From the IMG/VR virus record IMGVR_UViG_3300020037_006332, positions 8,561 through 72,560 of that record: 64,000 nt of DNA; one strand, written 5' to 3'. Under the pieces are notes generated by a model. The model worked only from the letters and a program-made list of their open reading frames with translations, had not been told where the DNA came from and made no database searches. Of the stretch, positions 1-8,612 are shown in pieces (position 1 is the first letter of the stretch; every line of letters begins with the position of its first letter). The DNA is from a virus (lineage: Duplodnaviria > Caudoviricetes). A program made the translations under genes and the position numbers.

Positions 1-38
1 TCGATACGCTGGCCGAAAATCTCTTTAAGGATGCCCAT
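1..38 (-). CDS. 5' end of a gene running off the window (MGILKEIFGQRI...)
   Basis: ATG at 38 preceded by GGAG and a promoter-like TAGACT-17-TATGAT at 101..73. Confidence 0.5.
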   Translation of the reverse strand, partial: MGILKEIFGQRI

Positions 39-98
39 GTCTATTTTCTCCGGGGGTTAATTCGCTCGCTATATCATAGCTTCGGCAGCTTGGCGAGT

Positions 99-2165
99 CT
101 ACTGAATTCTGGCGTAGTAGGCTTTGAATTGTTCGGTTAGGTGCCGGCGGTACTGTTCCACGGCGTCAATGAGGCCCTGTTTTTCCCAGAATGCGTAGCA
201 CTTCGGGAATGCCTTCTTTAGGCCCTCTAGCCCCTTGGTTACTCCCCAAAATCCATCTGGCTTTTTGTGCGACCACGGTTCGCCGCCGGCGGCCTCGAAA
301 ATGGCCCGGCCAAACTCGGCGAAACCTTCCCACGTGCTTTGAACGGCGTAAGCCGATAGGGGCACGTCGCTGTCTTTGACTTGCTTCCACCAGTCGCTGC
401 GTCCGCCGCTGTTGTTGGCAATGGTCCGGACGGCACTGGTTTGGATTTCCTCTAGGAATGCTTCTACCCATTCCTGGTTTTTGGATAGCTCGAATTGGCC
501 GGTCCCTCCGCAGTCCAGGGCGTGGGCAAATTCATGGGCATAAATTCCTTCATTGCCGGAGCCGGCGACGTTGTGGATCGTGTTGTCGCCAGCCGCGTAG
601 AATCCGCCCACGGTAAACCCGGCGGGCCTGCCGGTGCGTTTCTCGAATTCGGCTTGCAGGGACTCCCGGTTAGCGTAGGCTTTCATGCCGCCGGCCGTCC
701 CCTTGGCGATGCGTTCCTTAGCCTTGGCTGAAAACCCACGCATGGATTTTCGCATTCCGGTTTTGTATTGCTCCGGCTTGCGGCCGTAGTTCGGGGCGTA
801 CTCGCCAAGGGCTTCGTTCATTTCCTTTTCAAAGTATTCCCCTAGGATTCGCTGCGTTTCTAGTGATAGCTCGGCACGCTCACGGGGCTGGTTTATAAAG
901 TTAATTCCCCGGGCGTCGGCGGCGGCGTTGACTATCCTTTGTTGGATTGTGTTCAGGTTCTCGCCGGTATTGAATGCGGCGTGCAGCATGTCGCCGGTAA
1001 TGCCTAGCGGGGCTAATTTCTTCACCAGCCCGGGCGAGATATCGACTAGATGGAAAGCATACTTGGGGTCTAGTTTGTAGTCGAACCAATCCCGGCGGCT
1101 GACGGTATCGACTAGCTCGTCGGTACTGCTGTCGATGGCGTCGGCCAGCTTCTCCCCCACGGCGACGCGGCTGGTGCCGGTGCTTTCGTCGAAAAGCGAT
1201 TGCTGGCCCTTGGCGGCCTTGCGTTTGGGTGCGGCGGATTCTCCGGGCCCGTCCCCAAACTTTCCATCGGCCGCCCGGGGGTGCTTACTTTCGTCCCACG
1301 CATAGCGAAACTGGCGGGCGTAGCGGTAGACGGATTCGGCTCGGCGGAATCGCTGGGCGTATTGTTCCACGGCGTCCACCAGCCCATGCTTGTGCCAATA
1401 GGCGTAGCACTGCGGAAACTGAGTTTTGGCGGCCTCGGGGTCTTCAAATAAAAGCCGGCCAAACTCGGCGAAACCCTCCTCGGATCGCGTGCAGGCGTAG
1501 GCCGATAACGGCACTTCCCACGGCACTAGATCGTGCCACCAGTTATCGAAATTGCCGGAATTAAAGCCGGCTTCCATTGCGTCCAGGACGGTCTGGTTAA
1601 TTATCTCGGCTCGCCATGCGTCTTCCCACTCGTTCGTTTGGGAAAACTCATACCGCTTTCCGTTCCAGTCAATCGCGTGGGCAAACTCGTGGGCGTAGCT
1701 CCCGGCCTGACCTTCCGTGGCAATGGTTGCTATGTAGCCCTTACTGCGGTCAAAAAACCCCATCACGCCTGCGTTTTCGGGGAGCCCTGACGCTACCGAA
1801 ATTTCGGCGGAATCTTCGTAAGCCTCGAATCCATTGGGGCACGAATTGCTAATCCGCTCGATGGCCTTGCGGCTGAATCGGTCCAGCACGCTGGCCATCT
1901 GCTGGCGGTACGCCTTGACGTTATCCCGGGATAAAAACGCCTTGCTTTCTTGCCCCGGGAAAGTCTTTAGCTTGTGGGATTGCCGTAGCCGTTCCTCGAT
2001 GCTCTGGCGGTGGTCGGTTGGTTCAGGGGCCGATGGTTCGGCTCCGCCGCCCTCGCCAAACTTCCCGTCTTCGGCCCTCGGGTGCTTACTTTCGTCCCAC
2101 TGGGCGGCGTAGCGGTCCAGGTAGGTGAATTCGGCGAATGCCAGCCGGTAGGCTAGGTCGTTCAT
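99..2165 (-). CDS. Putative head-associated protein with two WDESKHPR tags and two anthrax-lethal-factor-like (zincin) metallopeptidase domains
   Basis: Start moved to MNDLAY (AAGGA RBS). Two HEFAH...LSAYA...EGFAE...FPxCYAxW units and two WDESKHPRAxDGKFG motifs. Confidence 0.8.
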   Translation of the reverse strand: MNDLAYRLAFAEFTYLDRYAAQWDESKHPRAEDGKFGEGGGAEPSAPEPTDHRQSIEERLRQSHKLKTFPGQESKAFLSRDNVKAYRQQMASVLDRFSRKAIERISNSCPNGFEAYEDSAEISVASGLPENAGVMGFFDRSKGYIATIATEGQAGSYAHEFAHAIDWNGKRYEFSQTNEWEDAWRAEIINQTVLDAMEAGFNSGNFDNWWHDLVPWEVPLSAYACTRSEEGFAEFGRLLFEDPEAAKTQFPQCYAYWHKHGLVDAVEQYAQRFRRAESVYRYARQFRYAWDESKHPRAADGKFGDGPGESAAPKRKAAKGQQSLFDESTGTSRVAVGEKLADAIDSSTDELVDTVSRRDWFDYKLDPKYAFHLVDISPGLVKKLAPLGITGDMLHAAFNTGENLNTIQQRIVNAAADARGINFINQPRERAELSLETQRILGEYFEKEMNEALGEYAPNYGRKPEQYKTGMRKSMRGFSAKAKERIAKGTAGGMKAYANRESLQAEFEKRTGRPAGFTVGGFYAAGDNTIHNVAGSGNEGIYAHEFAHALDCGGTGQFELSKNQEWVEAFLEEIQTSAVRTIANNSGGRSDWWKQVKDSDVPLSAYAVQSTWEGFAEFGRAIFEAAGGEPWSHKKPDGFWGVTKGLEGLKKAFPKCYAFWEKQGLIDAVEQYRRHLTEQFKAYYARIQ

Positions 2166-2218
2166 GGTGGCATCCTTGCCAGTGGTGGGAATCCCGCTGG
2201 CCCATGATACCAAACCGG

Positions 2219-2527
2219 CTAGCGGTTGGTAAACGTCTTGCCGCGTTTCTTGACTTTGCTGGGGGCTAATTCCTTGGCTGTGGCGGTGCTTTGGCGGATG
2301 ATCTTGCGGGTGAGCCGGTCCAGCCGCTCGGCTTCGGTTTCCGGGGCTCGGGGCGGATCGACGGCCCGATAGCGGAGCATGCAACCGGCCCACGGGAATT
2401 GCTGGTTGAATCGCACGGCGGGGCGGTTCAGGCGTTCCAGGTGCGAATCTCGAAGTTCGCGGGTCGGGTAGCTCTTGAACGTCCGCCAGCCGGCTTTTTC
2501 GTCGAAGATTTCAATGCTAAAGTTCAT
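2219..2527 (-). CDS. Hypothetical protein
   Basis: ORF from MNFSIEIF, overlapping the upstream gene's stop, basic C-terminus. Confidence 0.65.
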   Translation of the reverse strand: MNFSIEIFDEKAGWRTFKSYPTRELRDSHLERLNRPAVRFNQQFPWAGCMLRYRAVDPPRAPETEAERLDRLTRKIIRQSTATAKELAPSKVKKRGKTFTNR

Positions 2528-2777
2528 GCGGTTCCTCGCGTTCGGCGGCCAGTCCGCCAACTAGGTAATTTCGGATTTCCTCGATAAGCCGATGCCGGCT
2601 GCCGTCCGGTATGCCGGGGTGCCCGTGGTCGCATCGGTTGGAAATCGTGATCGAGCCCGGGAAATCCTGGTCGAACCTGATTGTTTCGCCGGCATCGGTG
2701 CGGTCAATTATCGCGTCCACGATTTCGCGGCAAAGCCGGTTGATCGTTTCGTCGGACTTGACGCCTTTACGGGCCAT
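2517..2777 (-). CDS. Hypothetical protein
   Basis: 86-aa ORF downstream of the promoter at 2884-2911. Confidence 0.65.
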   Translation of the reverse strand: MARKGVKSDETINRLCREIVDAIIDRTDAGETIRFDQDFPGSITISNRCDHGHPGIPDGSRHRLIEEIRNYLVGGLAAEREEPHEL

Positions 2778-2798
2778 CGCGGGTTAATTCCGGGGGTG

Positions 2799-2842
2799 AA
2801 AAAACCGGGGGCAAGGGTAGTGTTAGACCCCTCGCCCCCGGC
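2799..2842 (-). terminator. Rho-independent terminator-like hairpin
   Basis: CCGGGGGC...GCCCCCGG stem followed by a U6 tract on the minus strand. Confidence 0.55.
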
Positions 2843-2883
2843 GGTTCAGGAGGTTGACGCATGAGGTCGCCAACTAGGTGCCC

Positions 2884-2911
2884 ACTATAGCGAGCGGTTT
2901 TGGCTTGTCAA
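2884..2911 (-). promoter_or_regulatory. Sigma70-like promoter with CGCTCGC box
   Basis: TTGACA-16 nt-TATAGT; spacer ends in CGCTCGC. Confidence 0.75.
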
Positions 2912-5900
2912 GCGTACCGCCAGCGGGGCCGGTAGTAGCGTTCCACGCTGCCGCTGGCGGCGTTGCGGGCTTGGAGGTCTTTTAGGTGCGGGAAGTCTTT
3001 GAGGATTTCCTGGGGGATGGTGCCGCCCTGGGCGATGTGGTCCTTCATGGCGGCCACGTAGTCGCGGTTCGCCTGCTGGACGTCGTAGTCCCCTTTCTTG
3101 CCGGCTTTCTGTAGGTGGTGCCACTGGGCCCTGGTGAATCCCCATTCGTTGGCTGGTCGGCCGCCGCCGGACTTGGGTGGCTCGGGTTTCTTGGGCGGTT
3201 CCGGGTCTTTGGGCTCGGGGGTCTTCGCTTCGGGCTGGTTGGGCTTGCTTTCTTCGGCGGCCTGCTGGGCTTTGCCGATTAGGCCATGCTTCTGCCAAAA
3301 CGCATAGCACTTGGGGAATTTCTCTTTGGCTAGTTCCTCGTTCTCGAAAATAAAACGGGCATATTCCGCAAACCCCTCTGAGGCGTTTTTGTTGGCGTAT
3401 TCGGAAAGTCGGTAGCCATGCTGGCGGCTATATTTGATTTCATCCTGGTACGCGACTTGCCACTGCGTATCGCTGGATAATTTCGATTCGCTGTAGCGGA
3501 ATTTAGCATCTAGGATATGGGCTTTCCGCTCCCACGCATCGCGGTCAAAGTCGATGGCGTGGCCCAGCTCGTGGGCCAGAATCGACGCGGGCCCCATGTC
3601 TCCCATGTCCTTTTCGAGTGGCACCACTAGCTCGCCCTTTTGGCCTGCGAAATAGCCGCCAATGCGGCTGTTTTGCGTGTTGATACGCTGGCGGCTGGCG
3701 GCTGCGTAGGCCCGGGTCACTGACAGCGTATCGCTGTGGACTTCGATTTTTTGGACGGATTTGCTAATCCGCTCGGCGGATTTCGGGGAGAACGTATTGA
3801 GGACGGCCCGGACGGATGCGTTAAAGCCTTGCATTTGCTCCGGCTTGGCTTTGAAAGCCACCATTTTGCCGGACTGATTGGCCATTTTCTTGACGTCGCC
3901 GGGGTTAATTTTGGCGAATGCGGCGGCCACGGTTTTGCGGAATGGATTATCTGCCGGGTCTTCTTCTTCCGGTTCTGGTTCGGGCTCGGGTGCTTTGGGC
4001 GGCTCGGGCTTCTCGGGTGGGCCATCGAATAGCCCCTTCTGCCCCTTGCTGGGCTTTACCCGGACGTCTTCGGTAGTCGCTCCGCCGCCCTCGCCAAACT
4101 TCCCGTCGGCCGCTCGGGGGTGTTTACTTTCGTCCCATTCGTAGCGGGCCACGTCGCCCCGGCGGGCAAACGGCACGGCGTCCAGTTCCTCGGGGGTGGC
4201 GTCGTGCTCGCCCCAGTCTTCCCAGCCGCCGCCCTCGCCTTCCGGGGCCATCCCGGATTTATTGGCGTTGTACAAGATTTCGGCGGCTTGGCGGATTAGC
4301 TTGGGGTCGGTTTTGCTAGGCTTTTCGGGCGGGTTGCGGAGTAAATCCCAAAGCCGGCCGGCTAGGTCTTCATCGTCGGCATTGGCCCCGCCTTCGTAGC
4401 CCCGGCCGATGCCCAGCTCGGGAATGCTGCTGGCCAGCCGGCGGGCGATATCGTCCAGGCCGGGGACGCTGGCGGCGTCGCCGCCGGTGTTCTCCAGGTG
4501 GGCTAGTTGCTTTGGGGTTAGGCCGGTTTGCTTGCGGGCTTCGGCGATAGCGTCCAGGGTGGGCTGGTAGGCTTCGGCCTTTTCCTGGTAAACGTGGTCC
4601 AGGGTTTTGGCTAATTCTTCCGGGTCGACGCCCCAGTCTTCGGCCTCACGGGCGACTAGCTGGTTCGATAGGTCATCCACCTTTTGGCCACGCATCCGCT
4701 CACGCGGGGCCTGGGCGTTGGCGGGCTGCTGGTCGGTGTGTTTGACGTTGCCGATCTTGGCATTGTTGCGGGCTAGGTATTTCTTGGCCCGGGCGGTCAT
4801 TTCGTCCTGAATCGCCTTGCGGACGGTGGGGTCGCTGGCGATGCCCGGGGCGAGATAGACGTCGGCGTCAATCTTCCCAGTCTGGCCGGTGGCCCGTTTC
4901 ATTTCAAACGCCCCGGCGACCTTGCTGTCGTGGATCACGGTGACGGTGACCGTGCCGGTGGCCTTGTCGGTCTTAATGCCCACCTGAAGGGCCTTGCGGA
5001 CTTGGCTGGCGGTGCCGGCCGTCGGCTTCGGTTTCTCGGGGGCGGGCTGGGCCTGCCGGGTTTTAGATTCCGCGATAGCGGCCCTGGCTTCGGCCAGTAG
5101 GTCCTGCTTCCGCTTGATATCGGCGTCCAGCTTGCTGGGTTTCTTGCCGGCCTTTCCTTTGGGCTCGGGCTGCTTCTTGTTGATGCTGCTGACGTTCTGG
5201 CCGGTTAAATTCTTGGGTCCGGCGTGGATATGGCCGTTGTCGTCAATCAGCACGGGGGTGCCGCCGTCGCCCTCGTGGGCCCCGATGGTGACCCAGCGGG
5301 CGTAACGTAGGATTTTCCCGGGGCGGCGGTTGCGTTCGGTGTCTGCCTGACGCATCGAAGCCAGAGAAGCCCGGTTCTCGGCTAGGACATTTTCCAGGGC
5401 GGCAATCTGTTTCTTGAGCTGCTTCTGCTCTTTTGCGTTCAGGGTCGGGAGCATGGCCGCCCCACGCTCTAGGGCTTCCTCTAGCTGGCTGTTTTGCTTT
5501 TCAAGGTGGGCAATATCTTTGGCAAAGCCGGTTGGCTCGGCCTTCTCGGCCGGGGCAAAGTCAGCCCGGACGTCTTCCGGGAGTTCAATTCCGTCGTGCT
5601 TCGCGTCGCTGATAGCCCCGACGTGCTGGCGATAAGTCGGTGTGTCAATCTCGTGGCTGCCAATCATCTTATCGACGTCCAGGCTAGAGATATCCAGCCA
5701 CCCTTGCTTGCCTCCCACAAAGATTTGCAGGCCGTTGCCGTGGGCCCGGATATGGGCCGGATCGGCGAGCGGCGTGGCTCGCATTTGCGTGGTGTGGTAA
5801 ACAGTTTCGCCGGATTTGATTTTCTCGGCGATGGCCTTGGCCGTAGTCTCGGCCCACTGCTTTTTAGTCCACTTCGTAAGGTCCGGGCGGCTGCCGCCGC

Positions 5901-7794
5901 TGGAGCCCCCGCCGCTGCCAAACTTCCCATCGGCGTCACGTGGGTGCTTGTCTTCATCCCATAGGCCCCGCTGGTGGTCGCCGTAGCGGTCTACGTCGCC
6001 GCCCCGGGCGTTCCGGCTGGGTTCGGGGATGTTCGACGGGAATAGCGGGCTGGGGCTGCCGTCATCCGGGTCGTCGTCATCGCCGCCCCCGGGAAACCAC
6101 CCGTCCCCGTCTTCGGCTTCGGCTTCGCCGCCGGGGTTAATTTCGGGGGTGTCTTGGCCCACGGTTTCCTTGAGTTTGGCGAATGCCTTATGGGCGTCGC
6201 TGGAGTGGAATTCGCTTACCAGCTTGGCCCGAAGCTGGTTGGCGGTGGGGTTATTGCTGCCGCTATTGGGGCTCATGCCGGCGGCTTTGGTTAAATCTCC
6301 CTGGGGAGCCGTGGCGGCGTTGGGGTCGTTCGGGTCGCCGCCCTGGCCTTGCATGGCGGCCATTTGCTGCTGGCCGGCGGCCGTGGCCTGGGGGTTTTGC
6401 AGGGTGGGCTCGTCGGGTTCGGGGATGGCGGCCCCGATGGCGTCCAGGACGTCGGACTCTTTCAGGCGGGCCCCCATGTTCCAAGCCTTTTCCATGCCGG
6501 CCAGCTTGGCTTCGACGTCGGGTAGCTGGGTCTGAATCACAAACCGCATATCGACGTTATGGGCACTGGCGTCGTTATAGATTTTGAGCGGCTTGAGTAG
6601 GTCGCGGGTAATCGTTTCTTCCAGATTCGTGGCGTCAAATTTGACGATATCGAGCATGGTCTGCAAATGGAGGTCGGCCACGCCGGAGCCCATGCCGGTG
6701 GCTTCGGCTTCGCTGGTGAGCACTTGGCCCAAAATGTAGCGTTTGATGCGGTGGCCAAAGTAGCCGTTTAGCAGGTTCTGGAATGCCTCGATGCCGCCCG
6801 GGTTGGGCTCGATGTGCTCGACGCCGTAGGCCATGCTGGTATCCCCCAGCGGCTTAGGAAACAGGACGATGGTTTTGCGGCCGTTGCGGTTCTCGGCGGC
6901 GTTCTTGACGTCCTGGTAGGCGGAGTCGTTGCCTTCGGGGTAGTACCAGATTTCAAAGCCTAGGGCGGCTCGCTCCAGAAACTCCAGAAACAGCCCCAGC
7001 ATTTCCTGCTTCTGAAACCACTCCCAGTAAATCCGGGAGCGGATACCGACGCCGTGGATGCTGCCGGCGTCCAGCGGGGACTCGTAGGCGGCGTCTTCGA
7101 TCAGATATTTGTGGATGGCCACCATCGACCGCTCGTGGGGGGCTAAAAACGTGGCTAGCCCGGCCTCGGTCGGGACCACGACGCGGCCGTCGATCAGGTC
7201 GTGGGGCTTGAATTGGGAGCCCACGCGGATGCCCACTTCGTCGCGGGGGTGTTCGTCGCTGCCGTCATCCTGCCGGAAAACCAGCTTGTCGCCGTTAATG
7301 GGGAGCCAATCGTCGACGATGATATCGCGGCCGTTGGGGGTAATTTTCCAGCCGAAACGGTGCTGGATGGCGTAACGGCCGTACCAAATAGCCTCGGACA
7401 GCGTGTAGCGGTACTTGGTAAAATTGCGAGTGGCCCGGAGGATGTTAGTCATCCGCTCTTGCAGGGCCTTGTGGTGGGGCAGGTCGGGCCCGTCGACTTC
7501 GATATGCCAGTCCAGCAGGGCTACGGATCGCATCCGCTGCTCCAGGCACTCCATCACGCCGATGTCGTTCCTCATGTAGCGGGCGTTATCAAGCGAATGC
7601 TTGAGGGCCTCGTCCGGGCTGCGGAACGTCTTGGCGATGGTCGAAACGATGCCCTGGAACGTGTGGACCGTCGGCATGACCGGGCGGCCCATATTGGGCG
7701 GGGCGGCCTTAAACTTCCGGGCGGGATCGCGGCGGTTGGCGTTGTCGAATTCGTTGCCCTTAGTGGGCCCGCTGCCGGGAGTTTGCTGGATCAT
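2908..7794 (-). CDS. Phage portal protein (DUF935/Mu gp29-like) fused to a roughly 1100-aa extension with WDE[SD]KHPR tags and a C-terminal zincin domain
   Basis: Start at MIQQTP (AAGGA RBS). DUF935-type segment KRYILGQVLTSEAEATGMGSGVADLH. Extension contains HELGHAID...LSEYA...EGFAE. Confidence 0.85.
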   Translation of the reverse strand: MIQQTPGSGPTKGNEFDNANRRDPARKFKAAPPNMGRPVMPTVHTFQGIVSTIAKTFRSPDEALKHSLDNARYMRNDIGVMECLEQRMRSVALLDWHIEVDGPDLPHHKALQERMTNILRATRNFTKYRYTLSEAIWYGRYAIQHRFGWKITPNGRDIIVDDWLPINGDKLVFRQDDGSDEHPRDEVGIRVGSQFKPHDLIDGRVVVPTEAGLATFLAPHERSMVAIHKYLIEDAAYESPLDAGSIHGVGIRSRIYWEWFQKQEMLGLFLEFLERAALGFEIWYYPEGNDSAYQDVKNAAENRNGRKTIVLFPKPLGDTSMAYGVEHIEPNPGGIEAFQNLLNGYFGHRIKRYILGQVLTSEAEATGMGSGVADLHLQTMLDIVKFDATNLEETITRDLLKPLKIYNDASAHNVDMRFVIQTQLPDVEAKLAGMEKAWNMGARLKESDVLDAIGAAIPEPDEPTLQNPQATAAGQQQMAAMQGQGGDPNDPNAATAPQGDLTKAAGMSPNSGSNNPTANQLRAKLVSEFHSSDAHKAFAKLKETVGQDTPEINPGGEAEAEDGDGWFPGGGDDDDPDDGSPSPLFPSNIPEPSRNARGGDVDRYGDHQRGLWDEDKHPRDADGKFGSGGGSSGGSRPDLTKWTKKQWAETTAKAIAEKIKSGETVYHTTQMRATPLADPAHIRAHGNGLQIFVGGKQGWLDISSLDVDKMIGSHEIDTPTYRQHVGAISDAKHDGIELPEDVRADFAPAEKAEPTGFAKDIAHLEKQNSQLEEALERGAAMLPTLNAKEQKQLKKQIAALENVLAENRASLASMRQADTERNRRPGKILRYARWVTIGAHEGDGGTPVLIDDNGHIHAGPKNLTGQNVSSINKKQPEPKGKAGKKPSKLDADIKRKQDLLAEARAAIAESKTRQAQPAPEKPKPTAGTASQVRKALQVGIKTDKATGTVTVTVIHDSKVAGAFEMKRATGQTGKIDADVYLAPGIASDPTVRKAIQDEMTARAKKYLARNNAKIGNVKHTDQQPANAQAPRERMRGQKVDDLSNQLVAREAEDWGVDPEELAKTLDHVYQEKAEAYQPTLDAIAEARKQTGLTPKQLAHLENTGGDAASVPGLDDIARRLASSIPELGIGRGYEGGANADDEDLAGRLWDLLRNPPEKPSKTDPKLIRQAAEILYNANKSGMAPEGEGGGWEDWGEHDATPEELDAVPFARRGDVARYEWDESKHPRAADGKFGEGGGATTEDVRVKPSKGQKGLFDGPPEKPEPPKAPEPEPEPEEEDPADNPFRKTVAAAFAKINPGDVKKMANQSGKMVAFKAKPEQMQGFNASVRAVLNTFSPKSAERISKSVQKIEVHSDTLSVTRAYAAASRQRINTQNSRIGGYFAGQKGELVVPLEKDMGDMGPASILAHELGHAIDFDRDAWERKAHILDAKFRYSESKLSSDTQWQVAYQDEIKYSRQHGYRLSEYANKNASEGFAEYARFIFENEELAKEKFPKCYAFWQKHGLIGKAQQAAEESKPNQPEAKTPEPKDPEPPKKPEPPKSGGGRPANEWGFTRAQWHHLQKAGKKGDYDVQQANRDYVAAMKDHIAQGGTIPQEILKDFPHLKDLQARNAASGSVERYYRPRWRYA

Positions 7795-7833
7795 ATTCGC
7801 ATCCTTGCGGTGGGCTGCTAAAATCGGGCCATC

Positions 7834-8133
7834 ATGGCACGGAATGCCCACCAATGTCTGGCGTGTCTGCGGCTCTTAGATGAGACAGCAATTTCGCTGA
7901 CTGGTGGGGCACGCAAGCATATCTGTTTTGCGTGTTGGAAAACGCTCCCGAAGTTTAGGCGGATACAGTTGCAGTTGTTTTGCCGAACGGTGCCAGACGG
8001 GGGCGTCGGCATCCGGGAATTCCTGCTCCGGCTTGTGGAAGCGATGGAGCGGGCGGCGGAATACGACGAAACCGATGAGCCCGATGACGATATCGAGCCC
8101 GGCGGCCCCGGCTGGAGCCCTCAGTGTAACTAA
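7834..8133 (+). CDS. Small CxxC...CxxC zinc-binding protein, on the opposite strand
   Basis: CLAC and CFAC motifs; TTCGCA-17-TAAAAT upstream; stop overlaps the convergent HNH stop (CTAA). Confidence 0.55.
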   Translation: MARNAHQCLACLRLLDETAISLTGGARKHICFACWKTLPKFRRIQLQLFCRTVPDGGVGIREFLLRLVEAMERAAEYDETDEPDDDIEPGGPGWSPQCN

Positions 8134-8612
8134 ATCGAGTGCTTTCGTCTTCGCTGGTTCGCGTTCTGCTCGGATCGTGTAGCCCATCGGCAGTTTTCTG
8201 GCGTGTAGTCGCCGTCGTTGTCTATCCGGTCGATGCTGTGCCGGGGGCTGGGCTTGCGGCCCATGTCGGCCAAGAAATTGGCGTATCCATCGACGCCTAG
8301 CCAGCGGTCACAAACGCGGATTCCACGGCCACCCCAGTGCCTAAATCCCTTTAACTTGGGATTAGTGGTTCTCTGGACCATGCCATTCCAGCTCTGGTAT
8401 TCCGTTGCGACTTTGCCGTGCGGTGCATCCCCGTGGCGAGTGTTTGGCGGGCGTTCCGCTCTAATACAGCCGCAACTTTTTGTCATTCCACGCTGGACGT
8501 TAAATTTGTCGGCAATCCTGAGCGTTCCGCACGTGCATAGGAATGCCCATGTCCGTTGCTTTACTGGCCCAATTGCCAGCAGTCGGCCGTAGAGTTTTCC
8601 GCGTTCAATCAT
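8130..8612 (-). CDS. HNH homing endonuclease
   Basis: GRL...CTCG...[36 protein letters not shown]. Confidence 0.9.
   Translation of the reverse strand: MIERGKLYGRLLAIGPVKQRTWAFLCTCGTLRIADKFNVQRGMTKSCGCIRAERPPNTRHGDAPHGKVATEYQSWNGMVQRTTNPKLKGFRHWGGRGIRVCDRWLGVDGYANFLADMGRKPSPRHSIDRIDNDGDYTPENCRWATRSEQNANQRRRKHSI
8179..8283. repeat. 105-bp exact repeat, copy 1 (copy 2 at 56081-56185)
   Basis: Base-by-base identity across the HNH catalytic core. Confidence 0.9.

Noticed and set aside
1254-5961. CRISPR-like array from the four tag-coding repeats
   Set aside because: The repeats are in-frame coding motifs separated by 0.8-2 kb, not 30-40-nt spacers, and no cas genes are present.
7876-8187. Minus-strand 103-aa ORF as the real gene between HNH and portal
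   Set aside because: It overlaps the HNH 3' end out of frame and has no motifs. The plus-strand CxxC ORF is better supported.
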